Positions 37,101 to 45,635 of a stretch of DNA of 64,000 nt are shown here, in pieces (the stretch's first letter is position 1; the number at the start of each line of letters is the position of its first letter). Below the pieces are notes generated by a model that did no database searches, had not been told where the DNA came from, and saw nothing but the letters and a program-made list of their open reading frames with translations. Made by a program: the position numbers and the translations under genes. Source of the DNA: a virus (lineage: Duplodnaviria; Caudoviricetes); the IMG/VR virus record IMGVR_UViG_3300005573_001593, positions 23,534 to 87,533 of that record, one strand, 5' to 3'.

Positions 37101-37722
37101 TGGCCGGCACGCCCAGTTGCCCCGACATACTGAGCACCTGGGAGTTAAACTGGCTCATCTGTGCCGCGCTCTGCCCGGTAAGCGCCTGCACCACCGACAT
37201 GGATGACTGGTACTGCGATGCCATGTGGAGGGCCGCGATACCCGCGCCGGCGGTCGCAGCGGTCGCGGCCAGGATCGGCATCCCGAGCCCGCCCATGCCC
37301 GCGCCAAAGCCTTCGCTGGAGCTGCGGGCCGCGTCCAGACTGCCCGCCGCCTCATCCGCCGTCGCACTCAGTTCTGAAAGACTTGCGACGGCTCCGGATA
37401 CCTCCGTGTCCAGCACACCGATCTGGGTGCCGGCTGCGTCCGCCGCTTCGCCCAGACCGCCTACCGATTCGGCCGCCGCTGCGATCTGATCCGAAAGCGC
37501 CGAGAGATTCTCTTGCAGCGACGAGAAGACGGCATCCAGGCCGCCAATCGAACCGGAAACGCTGGAGAGACTGTCCTCAATGCCCGCCATTGCGCCGGAA
37601 ATCGTTTCGCCCAGGCTCGATGCCGCTTCCGCTAGGCTGTCCAGTGAGGCAATCGCCTCATCTACGGCCGCCGTCGCACCGCCGGAGTCGCCTTCAAGCT
37701 CGAACAGGATGTTCTCATCCAT
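34126..37722 (-). CDS. Tail tape measure protein
   Basis: 1198 aa, Ala/Gly-rich, TP901-type core, aromatic-spaced repeats, after the chaperone genes. Confidence 0.93.
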   Translation of the reverse strand: MDENILFELEGDSGGATAAVDEAIASLDSLAEAASSLGETISGAMAGIEDSLSSVSGSIGGLDAVFSSLQENLSALSDQIAAAAESVGGLGEAADAAGTQIGVLDTEVSGAVASLSELSATADEAAGSLDAARSSSEGFGAGMGGLGMPILAATAATAGAGIAALHMASQYQSSMSVVQALTGQSAAQMSQFNSQVLSMSGQLGVPAKQLGDGLYYVLSAGVQAKDAMGVLKVVTEASAAGMVDASTDADALTSALNAYGAGAQQAQNYQDMLLVALRDGKTTMQELSSSIGRAAVTGNAAGFSFNQVAAAMSTMTLSGSSAHIAGMQLSNLFRAIGINAAAVATNAKKMGLGFDSAKFSSLDLIGRLHYLMEITKGNKAEMLKLTGGAAGFQAAMQLLTNGGAAYNKILGDMAQSQGMTANAFKIHEQTMAAEWDHLKVAGENALIKLGDALEPLVKEIGDKILPALNRFSAWASAHPAAMRAAFLGIAGAVATVGAAFLAFGPVGNMVSGIFTSMLGKGAPLGKLFLSLKGGLGSVVGEAGRFGTAFGEGISTKLLQFGLAVRHPGLALEVLKGKLSDLARLGPTALSWVGKGVSNIGTFTGSLGELVGKLGNPAQLLGLLRTGLMGAAQGALSAIPALMGMAASLGAVLVPLLLIAGAITLGILIFTRFRTQLTQVGGFLGGQLKPIITEIHNTINTFLTMVRLQWQNTWPKLAPAVHDLINSFRSLAPVLQIVGTVIGTVLKVVLGLVSGVIGGFLSALPQIAGFFAAIFRLFGDLGRIVQAVFSGQFGKIPAIAGDMLRQLGLLFQNGLGFVLSFVGHTILGIAQWFDALTGGALTGVVNFIQGVIHFFEQLFDHLIGHSVIPDLVHGIITWLTQTLPSEVLSGIAHLVDSVITWFFQMEVRVLSAISAMVNGAISWVLSMETRVLAAIGQFVDNILNEAVRLEVDFLQHITLMVNIAVSYFDNLVHLATGKAGQLVSSVVSTITGLPGKIGGIMRGLIGNMLGWGGDMIRNLASGITGAIGHVTSAVSGVADKIKSFLHFSVPDEGPLADFDRWMPDMGDTLVAGLNAQQDRVKQATAQIAQAMRTGLTPGGTLGGLTPQLPVGGLGGNGGSVPALLQQLIAEVHGLAGRAQPLGSNITPATLGTVTQQNIGNINIQGTGNVDINTIYQIFNEIAGLAVEYGGRGATAGMGI

Positions 37723-37752
37723 CGGGATGGCTCCGTAGAACGTGGGTTCCTA

Positions 37753-37781
37753 TTGCGTCTGCCTGCTGGCGACGCTATAGT
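37753..37781 (+). promoter_or_regulatory. Sigma70-type promoter of the YbjQ-like moron
   Basis: TTGCGT-17 nt-TATAGT. Confidence 0.6.
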
Positions 37782-37820
37782 GTGGGCAGCGGCAAGCAAG
37801 TAGCACTGGAGGCTCACAGC

Positions 37821-38081
37821 ATGGCAAACAAAGCAACAATGCTGATGGCGACGGTTCCGACATTGCCAGGGCGGAACTATGACGTGGTTGGACTCGTGTC
37901 CACGGCGGAGCGCGCGTTCTCAGGCAATGTCAAAGTAGAAGACCGGCTGAAAGACCTGGAGGAACAAGCTAAGAAGCTGGGGGCAGATGCGGTTATCGGC
38001 ATCCAGGTCGCGACGAGCCTTGCCTCAGGCAATCAGATGATCACGACCCTACTCGGGACAGCCATCAAGTTTGCTGGGTGA
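37821..38081 (+). CDS. YbjQ/UPF0145-like small protein (moron)
   Basis: TVPTLPGRNYDVVGLV...LEEQAKKLGADAVIGI...GTAIK; GGAGG SD. Confidence 0.8.
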   Translation: MANKATMLMATVPTLPGRNYDVVGLVSTAERAFSGNVKVEDRLKDLEEQAKKLGADAVIGIQVATSLASGNQMITTLLGTAIKFAG

Positions 38082-38093
38082 CGTGGCTGTCGG

Positions 38094-38636
38094 TCAGCTG
38101 ATCGGCACGACCTCACCATCATAAATCGCCGTGCGACGCAGCGCGCGAACGAACTCGTCCTGTGTGGGCGCATCGCCAGCTTTCGCGCCACGCGCCTGAG
38201 CGATGTCACGCTCGTGCATGCGAACCGCCTCACGGTAGTACGCCAGGAGACGCTTCCACGGCATGCGGCGCATGCTCTCGTCAGACCAGTGGTAGTAGGC
38301 GGCTAGCTCAGCGAACATTGCCATAGGGTCAAACGGCTCGCTCGCAGGCAGTGGTGTTGCGGTCAGATCGTCGGGCGCGCTCTCCGGTTCCGCCGCGACG
38401 CGCAGGTGCGCCACAAGGAGCGCGGCCGCTTCCGGGTCGCGACCGGCCAGACGCTGTGCCTCCTGCCACGCGGTATCGCGGGCATCGGCATCCCACGCGA
38501 CGGGCTGGGTCTGGACCGCTTCCAGATGCGCGGGCGCGTAGGGTGTCGCTGTGCCGTGCCGCACGCCTTGGCGCAGCGCCCACTCCCGCCGCCAGCGGCT
38601 CTGCTGACTTAGCGGCGGGTCGTCTGGCCGAAAAAA
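38094..38636 (-). CDS. Tail assembly chaperone, frameshifted extension (gpT-like part)
   Basis: Frame entered by -1 slip; ends FAELAAYYHWSDESMRRMPWKRL as typical of GT products. Confidence 0.75.
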   Translation of the reverse strand, partial: FFRPDDPPLSQQSRWRREWALRQGVRHGTATPYAPAHLEAVQTQPVAWDADARDTAWQEAQRLAGRDPEAAALLVAHLRVAAEPESAPDDLTATPLPASEPFDPMAMFAELAAYYHWSDESMRRMPWKRLLAYYREAVRMHERDIAQARGAKAGDAPTQDEFVRALRRTAIYDGEVVPIS

Positions 38637-39097
38637 TCCATGAACAGCCGCACGATCTTCGCGACGGACAGGCCAGCGCGCAGCCGCTGCACGGTCATGG
38701 CGGGTTCTGTAAGCTGCCACACTCCCAGCACCAGGCGTGTCATGGCGTCCAGCTGCTGACGTTTGGACATCTCGGCGCGCTGTTCGAAGAGTTCGATGGC
38801 GTCCAACTCCTGCTCAACCGTCGGCGTCGCGCACAGATGTACCACACGCTCGCTGGGCACTCGCCGCACGTCCTGCTCTGTGTCCGGTCCCTCTACCGTC
38901 TCGGTGTGCCACTCGATGAACATCACGTCCACAAAGCGCAGGGTCACCTCATCGAGGTTCACCGCGCGTACCGCGTCCATGGCCTGCGCAATCTCAGGGT
39001 CTTGCTCATCGGGCAGTAATCCTCGATCCGCGGCGCTCTGTCGCGCCCGTCGCACCTGCTCCTCGCCGCTCACCCCGGCAAGACGATTACGGTCCAC
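38609..39097 (-). CDS. Tail assembly chaperone (gpG-like)
   Basis: GTG start after GAGGAG; between major tail and tape measure genes. Confidence 0.75.
   Translation of the reverse strand: MDRNRLAGVSGEEQVRRARQSAADRGLLPDEQDPEIAQAMDAVRAVNLDEVTLRFVDVMFIEWHTETVEGPDTEQDVRRVPSERVVHLCATPTVEQELDAIELFEQRAEMSKRQQLDAMTRLVLGVWQLTEPAMTVQRLRAGLSVAKIVRLFMDFFGQTTRR
38630..38636 (-). other. Programmed -1 frameshift site T TTT TTC
   Basis: GAT TTT TTC near the end of the chaperone gene; downstream stem CCCGCCGC/GCGGCGGG about 10 nt later. Confidence 0.75.
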
Positions 39098-39203
39098 GAA
39101 GATACTCCTCTCTGTTCTGGCCCGCCCGACGCGGGCAGTATAGCGTGAGGCCTGAAGCGTCAACTGAACACTTCAGGCCCTGAGGTACTTGGGGCAATTC
39201 AGG

Positions 39204-40439
39204 TTAATACGCCGCGTCGACAAGGTTCGCGACGGTGCTCTGTAAGAGATAGGCATTGGCACCCATATCGCTTGTGCTGCTCGCGGAGACCGCGATGCGG
39301 AACGCTTTGCCGTCCTTCTTCGGCGCCGGTGGCTCGGCCTTCGTGTACGTCATCGTGGGGATGTTGTAGGTCACGGTGTAGAACTGGTTGGCTTGGGTAA
39401 ACACCAGTTGCACACTGCCTGTCGCCACCGCCTGCGCATCGGTCGTGCCCGTCGGGCTGCCAAAGTATGTGCTGGCGATCCGGCTGCCATTCTGCATGAT
39501 GAGGTTCAGCCCCACATCCAGCGTGAGCATGCCGAAGATGAGCGTGGCAAGCGTCAGTTGCTCGGTCTGGATCGTCGTGTCGAGGTTATTCTTCTGCGTG
39601 ATGTCGAAGCTCTCGATCGCGACGGCATCGCCGGTTGTGGATCCATCCAGCGTCCAGACGCCCTCTGTGTACAGGAACGGCGGATGCGGCTCCAGCGTGA
39701 CCGTGCTGGCTGACGTTTGCGCCACCGTCGCAATGCCTTGCCAGTCCACTTCGTACGTCAACAGGCCACCGGCCTTGGCGCTGCGTTTGATCTGTTCGAC
39801 CTTGCAGTCGCGTACGCGCAGGATGATGCCGGACGTCCCACCGAGGCTCACCTCAAACGTGTAGAAGGCGCCGTCGCTTTCGTCAATGATGACGTGCTGC
39901 GCCGTGCTCTGTACCGTGGCTCCGCTGCTGTGCGCCTGCTGCAAGGTCGCGCCATTGGCGAGCGTCGCGGTATAGGGCCCCGTGCCGGAGGGCGGTGTTG
40001 TGATCGTGACGATTTCTTCCGTCGCGAGGCCAGAGTCAATCACCAGCGTGGCGGTACCAGAGCTGGTAAGGCCAGTGTTTGCGGTGAGGCTGATGGTTGT
40101 CGCGCCGGCGGTAGCCGCGGCGGCCAGCGTCGTGTTCGTCGTCGGCGCGGTATAGGTATCACTGCCTGATCCCTGTGCCATTGCTTCGAGCAGTCCCAGC
40201 TCATTGGGACGCGGCGCCACGACGAGCTTGCCTTTGACCTCCTGCCGGTTCTTGATGATCAAGCTGAGGTGGCGACTGCCGTCGCCTTCCCAGACATCCT
40301 CGGCTTTGATGTCGAGCTGGATGTTCGAGCCATCCAGCCAGCGTGGAAAGTAGCTCGGCGCGACGGAGGTGCCGCCTTGGCTCTGTTTGCCGATGCCGAT
40401 GTAGGCATTGTCTTCACGGATAGCGAGAATGAGGCTCAT
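39204..40439 (-). CDS. Major tail (tube) protein with inserted beta domain
   Basis: Upstream of the chaperones; S/T/G-rich; FTFEV...RVRDCKVEQI pattern. Confidence 0.8.
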   Translation of the reverse strand: MSLILAIREDNAYIGIGKQSQGGTSVAPSYFPRWLDGSNIQLDIKAEDVWEGDGSRHLSLIIKNRQEVKGKLVVAPRPNELGLLEAMAQGSGSDTYTAPTTNTTLAAAATAGATTISLTANTGLTSSGTATLVIDSGLATEEIVTITTPPSGTGPYTATLANGATLQQAHSSGATVQSTAQHVIIDESDGAFYTFEVSLGGTSGIILRVRDCKVEQIKRSAKAGGLLTYEVDWQGIATVAQTSASTVTLEPHPPFLYTEGVWTLDGSTTGDAVAIESFDITQKNNLDTTIQTEQLTLATLIFGMLTLDVGLNLIMQNGSRIASTYFGSPTGTTDAQAVATGSVQLVFTQANQFYTVTYNIPTMTYTKAEPPAPKKDGKAFRIAVSASSTSDMGANAYLLQSTVANLVDAAY

Positions 40440-40442
40440 GGA

Positions 40443-40937
40443 CTACGCTCCCTGCGCCGCATCGTCCGGCGCGGCCTGAGCTGTCTGCACGGTCTCAGCT
40501 GCAGGCGGGGTAGCGGCGCTCGTGCCTCTGCCACGCTTCTCAGCCCTGGCAGGAGCATCGGGCGCCGCAGCAAACCGGCGAGTGGCTTCGTCAAGCGCGT
40601 AGACCGGCTCGAAGTCCGCGCGTCCCTCATGGTGTTCGTAGCCGAGCGCCGCGCGTTCCGCGTCATCGAGCGCGACGTGCTCAGGTAGCACGACTTTGCC
40701 GACGCCCAGGAACCGCGGTTCGCGCTCACCACGCGGATCGAACAGGTACGACGCGCCGTAAACCTCGTGCGCACGCAGATGAAGCACGTCACCACGGTGG
40801 ACTTTGGTGTTGTTGCGCCGCGTGCCCGACGCGTCGCGCACGTCGCCATTGATGATGTGATGCGCCACACGCACCGCGTAGGGGCCGATATAACGCGCGG
40901 GCACGGGCGTATCCGGCTGAAGTCGTGGGGTGGACAT
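40443..40937 (-). CDS. Hypothetical structural-region protein
   Basis: 164-aa ORF with AGGAGAG SD. Confidence 0.65.
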   Translation of the reverse strand: MSTPRLQPDTPVPARYIGPYAVRVAHHIINGDVRDASGTRRNNTKVHRGDVLHLRAHEVYGASYLFDPRGEREPRFLGVGKVVLPEHVALDDAERAALGYEHHEGRADFEPVYALDEATRRFAAAPDAPARAEKRGRGTSAATPPAAETVQTAQAAPDDAAQGA

Positions 40938-40954
40938 GTGTCTCTCCTGGTAGA

Positions 40955-41467
40955 TTAGATGTCATAGGGCATCATCTGGACGTGCGCGGTGATCGTGCGA
41001 TAGACGAGCGAGATGCCCGGCACACGGCTGTCCAGCTCGCCCAGGTCCGGTGAGATCAGGATTTCGGGAATACTGACGGCGTAGGCCGTCCCACTTACCA
41101 CAAGCGAATCGTTGGTTTCCAGATTGGCCTTGATCGCCTCAACGTCGGTATCCATGCGGACCAGGATGTCATCGATGGTGTTGGGCTGCTGGTCCCATCG
41201 GTCGTAATACTGAATCAAGACCGGCAGGATGCCCGTCCAGACGCGATTGGACCAGATGCGAAACTGTTGCTGGCCGGTCTGCAGGTTCACGGCGGGAAAG
41301 GCACCGGCCATCATCTGGTAGCGGTGGCGGATATAGACCTGCGAGAGCCCTGTCGGATCGGACGGATTGGCTTCGGTGAGCCGGGTATTGGGCACGATCA
41401 CCTGGCGAATCGCTCCCAACACGGTAATCGCTGGATACGGATTGTTCGGTGCGCGTGGGATGCTCAT
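40955..41467 (-). CDS. Tail terminator/completion-like protein
   Basis: Position and size; FPAVNL motif. Confidence 0.6.
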   Translation of the reverse strand: MSIPRAPNNPYPAITVLGAIRQVIVPNTRLTEANPSDPTGLSQVYIRHRYQMMAGAFPAVNLQTGQQQFRIWSNRVWTGILPVLIQYYDRWDQQPNTIDDILVRMDTDVEAIKANLETNDSLVVSGTAYAVSIPEILISPDLGELDSRVPGISLVYRTITAHVQMMPYDI

Positions 41468-41964
41468 ACGCCACCTGCTATCGCCTCACGAATAGCGTCC
41501 TGGATGTCCGCGATAACCCGCTCACGTGTAGCCAGCAGAGTTGGCGTCACGAAATCATTGGGACGCATCCCTCGGACACTGCGCACAGGATGTGCGGCGT
41601 TTGGCCACATCAGCGCGCGTTTCGTGCGCGGGACGATGCGCTGACCAGATGGACCGTAGATGCCTGTTCCCTCGCGCACGTATCGCAGTTTCCTGGGTTG
41701 GGTGGTATAGACAATGGAACGCGTATGCGTGCTGGAGATCACCCAATCGGTCTTGAATGACAGGACCAGCGGACCCAGCGCGTCACCGGCAGGCGCACCA
41801 CCGTCTCCTGTTCCCCAGGGAGCGGCGTGCTCCAGAGCGGCGCGCACCGTTTCGCCGCCCCGGATGATGGCCATGTTGAACGTACCGGGCAGGCGCCTAC
41901 GGATCGTTTGGAATTTGAATTTGCGGCTCTCGATGCCACTCGTGCGTACGATGAGCAACGGCAT
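41464..41964 (-). CDS. HK97 gp10-like tail completion protein
   Basis: YVREGTG, V.SVRGMRPNDF; start chosen after GAGGT. Confidence 0.65.
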   Translation of the reverse strand: MPLLIVRTSGIESRKFKFQTIRRRLPGTFNMAIIRGGETVRAALEHAAPWGTGDGGAPAGDALGPLVLSFKTDWVISSTHTRSIVYTTQPRKLRYVREGTGIYGPSGQRIVPRTKRALMWPNAAHPVRSVRGMRPNDFVTPTLLATRERVIADIQDAIREAIAGGV

Positions 41965-41986
41965 GGCATACCTCGCGAGAACAGAG

Positions 41987-42259
41987 CTAAAACAGGTAGA
42001 GATGACCGCCATGCCGGTTGACGTGGGCATGTACGTGGCCGCGTTTGTAGTGGATCGTCGGGTTGGCCTTCTTCGTCATGTGCGACTTGCGGGCCTTCGT
42101 CACATGGTGCGCTTGGGTCACATGCTTCGTCGCGTGGTGCGTTGTGGTCACGACGTGACTCACGTGTGCCTTCTTCGGCGCTGTTGGTCGTGAGACGTGC
42201 GTCCGATGACGGAGCACATGACGATGCGCCATCGGGCCGCTGATGTGATGCGTCGTCAT
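41987..42259 (-). CDS. His/Lys/Arg-rich basic 90-aa protein
   Basis: AGGAG SD; 20 His and no Asp/Glu by hand count; fits between neighbours without overlap. Confidence 0.6.
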   Translation of the reverse strand: MTTHHISGPMAHRHVLRHRTHVSRPTAPKKAHVSHVVTTTHHATKHVTQAHHVTKARKSHMTKKANPTIHYKRGHVHAHVNRHGGHLYLF

Positions 42260-42280
42260 GACGATCTCCTAGACGATCTC

Positions 42281-42691
42281 TTAATAACGCACCGGGCTCT
42301 GGAACGGGCCAGAGGCCGTCTCGCGTCCGAGGTAGAGCAACCGCGACGGGAAGAGCAGTGGTGCCTGCTCCTGATGGAATAGCACCCACCACTGCGAGGT
42401 CGGATCGGACCCATCGAGCGCGCTGGTGTCGCCCGGCCATGGCGTCACACCGTCCAGAAGCGTGATCTTGACGATGCGATCGCCCGTGGCGATGTCAGTG
42501 CCCGAATCCACACGCGCGATGTACTGCGAGGTCACTGCGGATTCGGGCAGCGCCACGTAGTCCTTGGCCCGCATCGGCACGATAGCCGCCAGTACGTCCT
42601 GCAGGTAGACCTGTGGCGCGCTGGTGGCGTTAGTCGAGTTGTTGAACGCCGGGCGTGCGGTGGTGATGCGCACATTCGCGAGTGGAACCAT
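42281..42691 (-). CDS. Head-closure/stopper-like protein
   Basis: Position; VDSGTDIATGDRIV pattern. Confidence 0.6.
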   Translation of the reverse strand: MVPLANVRITTARPAFNNSTNATSAPQVYLQDVLAAIVPMRAKDYVALPESAVTSQYIARVDSGTDIATGDRIVKITLLDGVTPWPGDTSALDGSDPTSQWWVLFHQEQAPLLFPSRLLYLGRETASGPFQSPVRY

Positions 42692-42694
42692 ATA

Positions 42695-43648
42695 TCACCC
42701 TACTGCGACGGGCCGGTATGGCGCGAGCTTCAGCCGCGCCTTGGCGCACAGCTGATCTTCCATCGGGTCTGGCTTCATGGGACGCCGGGCGAAGAGATCG
42801 CCGTTGCGCATCTGGTCGATGCCGCCCATGCCCATCTGCGTGAGCAGTCGCTGCTGCAGGAGCCACGTCACCTGATCAATGCAGGCGGTCTGCACGACAT
42901 CGGGGATCGTGGCGGTATAGTCCGCCGTCACCGCTACTGTCGGATTCTGCTGCGTCGCAAAGGTTACGCTGCCCTCTATGGGATCAACAGTGTAGGTGTT
43001 GGCCTGCTGAATCGCGCCGTTCACATACACATTCGGCGTCGTAGGTGGGAGCACATTCGGTTGGATGTCCGGCGCCTGGTCGTACGTGAGCGTCCAGAAG
43101 CCGCGCAGCGCCCGGTACGTCGTGTGATCACCCGTGTCGTAGAGCGTGTCACCCGTGTAGGGCAGGTAGAAGCCCGCCTCCATATCCACTTCGAGCACTG
43201 GCGGGTTGAGACCCAACTCCCAGACCACCGCCGCCATGCTGTACGTCAGTGTCAGCGCGATGATCTCCGCGTAGCCCTCCCACTGCTGGATCACGACTTC
43301 CTCTGGCAGGAGGTCCGCGTAGAGCCCCGCGTTCTGCGGCCCCGAGTTCGAGATATGCACCCGTACCCGGGTGATCCTGCGGATGGGCACCACCGGCAGG
43401 GGAATGCGCATCTTGCGCGTCGTGAAGTCGAAGCCCTGCTGGTAGATGTTGATCGTGCCTGGGGCAAAGCCATTGTTGGTCAAGAGCGGCGCGCCGATGA
43501 AGGCGTCAATGGCGGCTTCCGCGCGGGCGATATAGCGCGCGAGCGTCGCATCCGGGATTGTGAGCAGCCCCGGCGCAACGCTGTTGGGCGGCGCGAGGAT
43601 GCCGTCATCTTGCAGACGGTAGATTCCCGGAGTGAGGTACTTCGGCAT
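42695..43648 (-). CDS. Head-tail adaptor/connector-like protein
   Basis: LARYIARAEAAIDAFIG...PDVVQTAC...L.PYR. Confidence 0.65.
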   Translation of the reverse strand: MPKYLTPGIYRLQDDGILAPPNSVAPGLLTIPDATLARYIARAEAAIDAFIGAPLLTNNGFAPGTINIYQQGFDFTTRKMRIPLPVVPIRRITRVRVHISNSGPQNAGLYADLLPEEVVIQQWEGYAEIIALTLTYSMAAVVWELGLNPPVLEVDMEAGFYLPYTGDTLYDTGDHTTYRALRGFWTLTYDQAPDIQPNVLPPTTPNVYVNGAIQQANTYTVDPIEGSVTFATQQNPTVAVTADYTATIPDVVQTACIDQVTWLLQQRLLTQMGMGGIDQMRNGDLFARRPMKPDPMEDQLCAKARLKLAPYRPVAVG

Positions 43649-43661
43649 GCAGCGCCTCCGC

Positions 43662-44225
43662 TCAGACGGGCTGCGTGATGTACGTGACGGTCACGTCGCC
43701 GGCGCTGGTACCGGCGTACTCATAGTACAGGCCGTAATCGCAGACGCAATCGAACATGAGTGTCGCCCCGGCCACCGGCGTGATGACCGCGATGGGACCA
43801 TAGCGTGGCGCGGACGAGGTGATCGCGGGATTGCCGTTGTAGAGCGTGAGGGTCATGGCGGACCCCGCCGCGTTGATGATTACTCGGCCGAGGCTCACCC
43901 CACGCACGCTCGTGATGTTGTAGGTCCCACTGTGCGTGTTCACGAAGGTTGCCGTGAACGTGCCCGCGCCCGGATTGATGGCCGTCACCGGCACGACTTC
44001 CGCCGTGCCGGTGCCACCATAGATCACGAGCGACATGCCGACCGTCATGTGTTGCAGCTGACTCGCATCAGCAACCGCGACGCTCGCGCTGCCAGCCGCG
44101 GCGATCGCGGTGCTGGACGTGGTGTTGACCCATGCCCCGATGGGAGCTGCACTCGCCTGCGCCGCGCTGATGTGGAACGGCTCGTATTCGCCGACGGGCG
44201 CGTATTGCGTTCTTCGAAAGGCCAT
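43662..44225 (-). CDS. Putative capsid decoration/structural protein
   Basis: GGGAGGGA SD; beta-rich; follows the capsid gene. Confidence 0.6.
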   Translation of the reverse strand: MAFRRTQYAPVGEYEPFHISAAQASAAPIGAWVNTTSSTAIAAAGSASVAVADASQLQHMTVGMSLVIYGGTGTAEVVPVTAINPGAGTFTATFVNTHSGTYNITSVRGVSLGRVIINAAGSAMTLTLYNGNPAITSSAPRYGPIAVITPVAGATLMFDCVCDYGLYYEYAGTSAGDVTVTYITQPV

Positions 44226-44305
44226 GGCGTGTCCCTCCCCAATGGCTCCGCGCGAGCGCGTAAGGAACAGCATTCACGCACGGAGCCACCGCAGGCTACT
44301 GGCGA

Positions 44306-44782
44306 CTACTGGGAGAAGCCTTCCGAGACCCACTCGACCTGCGCGGTCATCGCCGGTGCCGCGAGTCCGGTACCCGTAGACACCAGCTGAACCGTGATGA
44401 CGTCACCTGGCTCGATGACGTTGCCAGCTGCGGGTGTCAGGTGGACGGGCACGAAAGCGCTGGCGTTGACGCCGGACGAGAAGGCGATGCTGGCCAGGTT
44501 CGTGCCGAGCGCCGCGCCGTTACGCCACTGACGAATGTTGATCGTGAAGTAGTTGGTCGCCGCGCCGTTCACGGCCGCCTCAAAGATGATGTGGATGTGC
44601 CGGATCGTGAGGCGATTGACGGGCATGAAGCCAGCTGTTCCTGCTGGCGCCCCGACTGTGAGATCCGGCAGCGCCATGAGGGCATGCTCATAGCTGCCAC
44701 CAGCGGCCGTATTCGCGACCCGCAGGGACTGAAGCTGCGGCAGGTCGCGCTTCGCGCCGAGCACACGGGCAATCAAAGACAT
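44306..44782 (-). CDS. Putative capsid decoration/structural protein
   Basis: Beta-rich, IEPGDVITVQ; follows the capsid gene. Confidence 0.6.
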   Translation of the reverse strand: MSLIARVLGAKRDLPQLQSLRVANTAAGGSYEHALMALPDLTVGAPAGTAGFMPVNRLTIRHIHIIFEAAVNGAATNYFTINIRQWRNGAALGTNLASIAFSSGVNASAFVPVHLTPAAGNVIEPGDVITVQLVSTGTGLAAPAMTAQVEWVSEGFSQ

Positions 44783-44930
44783 GGTGCTCTACTCCTGTTG
44801 GTATCGAGCTAGCGCACGGTGTGGACGTGTCCTGACAGGGGCGACGGGCCGGAGTATATCGCCAGCAACGCCTCCTCGCCACCGTCCACGCTGCGCCAGT
44901 CGTGAAGTGGACGTCGTGAGATCGCGCAAG

Positions 44931-45476
44931 TTACGTGCGGCGCTCCATCCGTGCTTGCATCGCCTGCATGAGTTTGCGAGCGCGTTCAGGACCCAGCGCC
45001 TCAAAGATGGCATCGACATCAGAGGCTTCGATCATCGCGGCAAGCTTGGCGGGAGCCATCGGCTGGATGCCCGCTGCTTTGGCATAGGACGCTTCGTCCG
45101 CGTCATCGGGCAAGATGTGAATTGACCGGCCGATGGGCAGCTTCTTCCATTCCCGGGCCGTGCCGTATGGCACGTGCTTGGCGACGCCGCCGATGAACGT
45201 CGTGTTGTCGAGCCAGAAGCGGTTCTTCGCGTCAACCTTCCCATAGCCATAGAGCACGGTGACGCGATCCGTGTCTTCCGGCTCAGTTGGTCGCTTAGGT
45301 TCGATTTCAGCAGCGACTAGCGGCTTCCTGCTAGACGATTCGGCTTCTGCTTGAACGGCTTCTGCCACTGCCTCAGCGACCGCCTTCGGTGATTCCTCAG
45401 AATCACCGGAGATGTTCATCTGGACGCGCGCCGGATCCGCGCGCCGCTCATTGTGCACATGCGATGTAGATACCAT
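44931..45476 (-). CDS. Hypothetical phage protein
   Basis: GGAGGG SD; directly after the capsid gene. Confidence 0.65.
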   Translation of the reverse strand: MVSTSHVHNERRADPARVQMNISGDSEESPKAVAEAVAEAVQAEAESSSRKPLVAAEIEPKRPTEPEDTDRVTVLYGYGKVDAKNRFWLDNTTFIGGVAKHVPYGTAREWKKLPIGRSIHILPDDADEASYAKAAGIQPMAPAKLAAMIEASDVDAIFEALGPERARKLMQAMQARMERRT

Positions 45477-45635
45477 GTGGATAACCCTCCGGCGCCATAC
45501 GTTGGGAACCCTCAACGGCGCACGTATGATGTCGCCACCATCTCCGCATTCCAGCGGAGCCAGGCGCAGAAATGCGAACGGGTGCGTAGCATCGCGCTAC
45601 GCACCCAGGATGATCAGCCCATCAGGCAGTCAGGC

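Noticed and set aside
37203-37820. N-terminal extension of the YbjQ-like ORF
   Set aside because: Overlaps the tape-measure gene; promoter and SD point to ATG 37821
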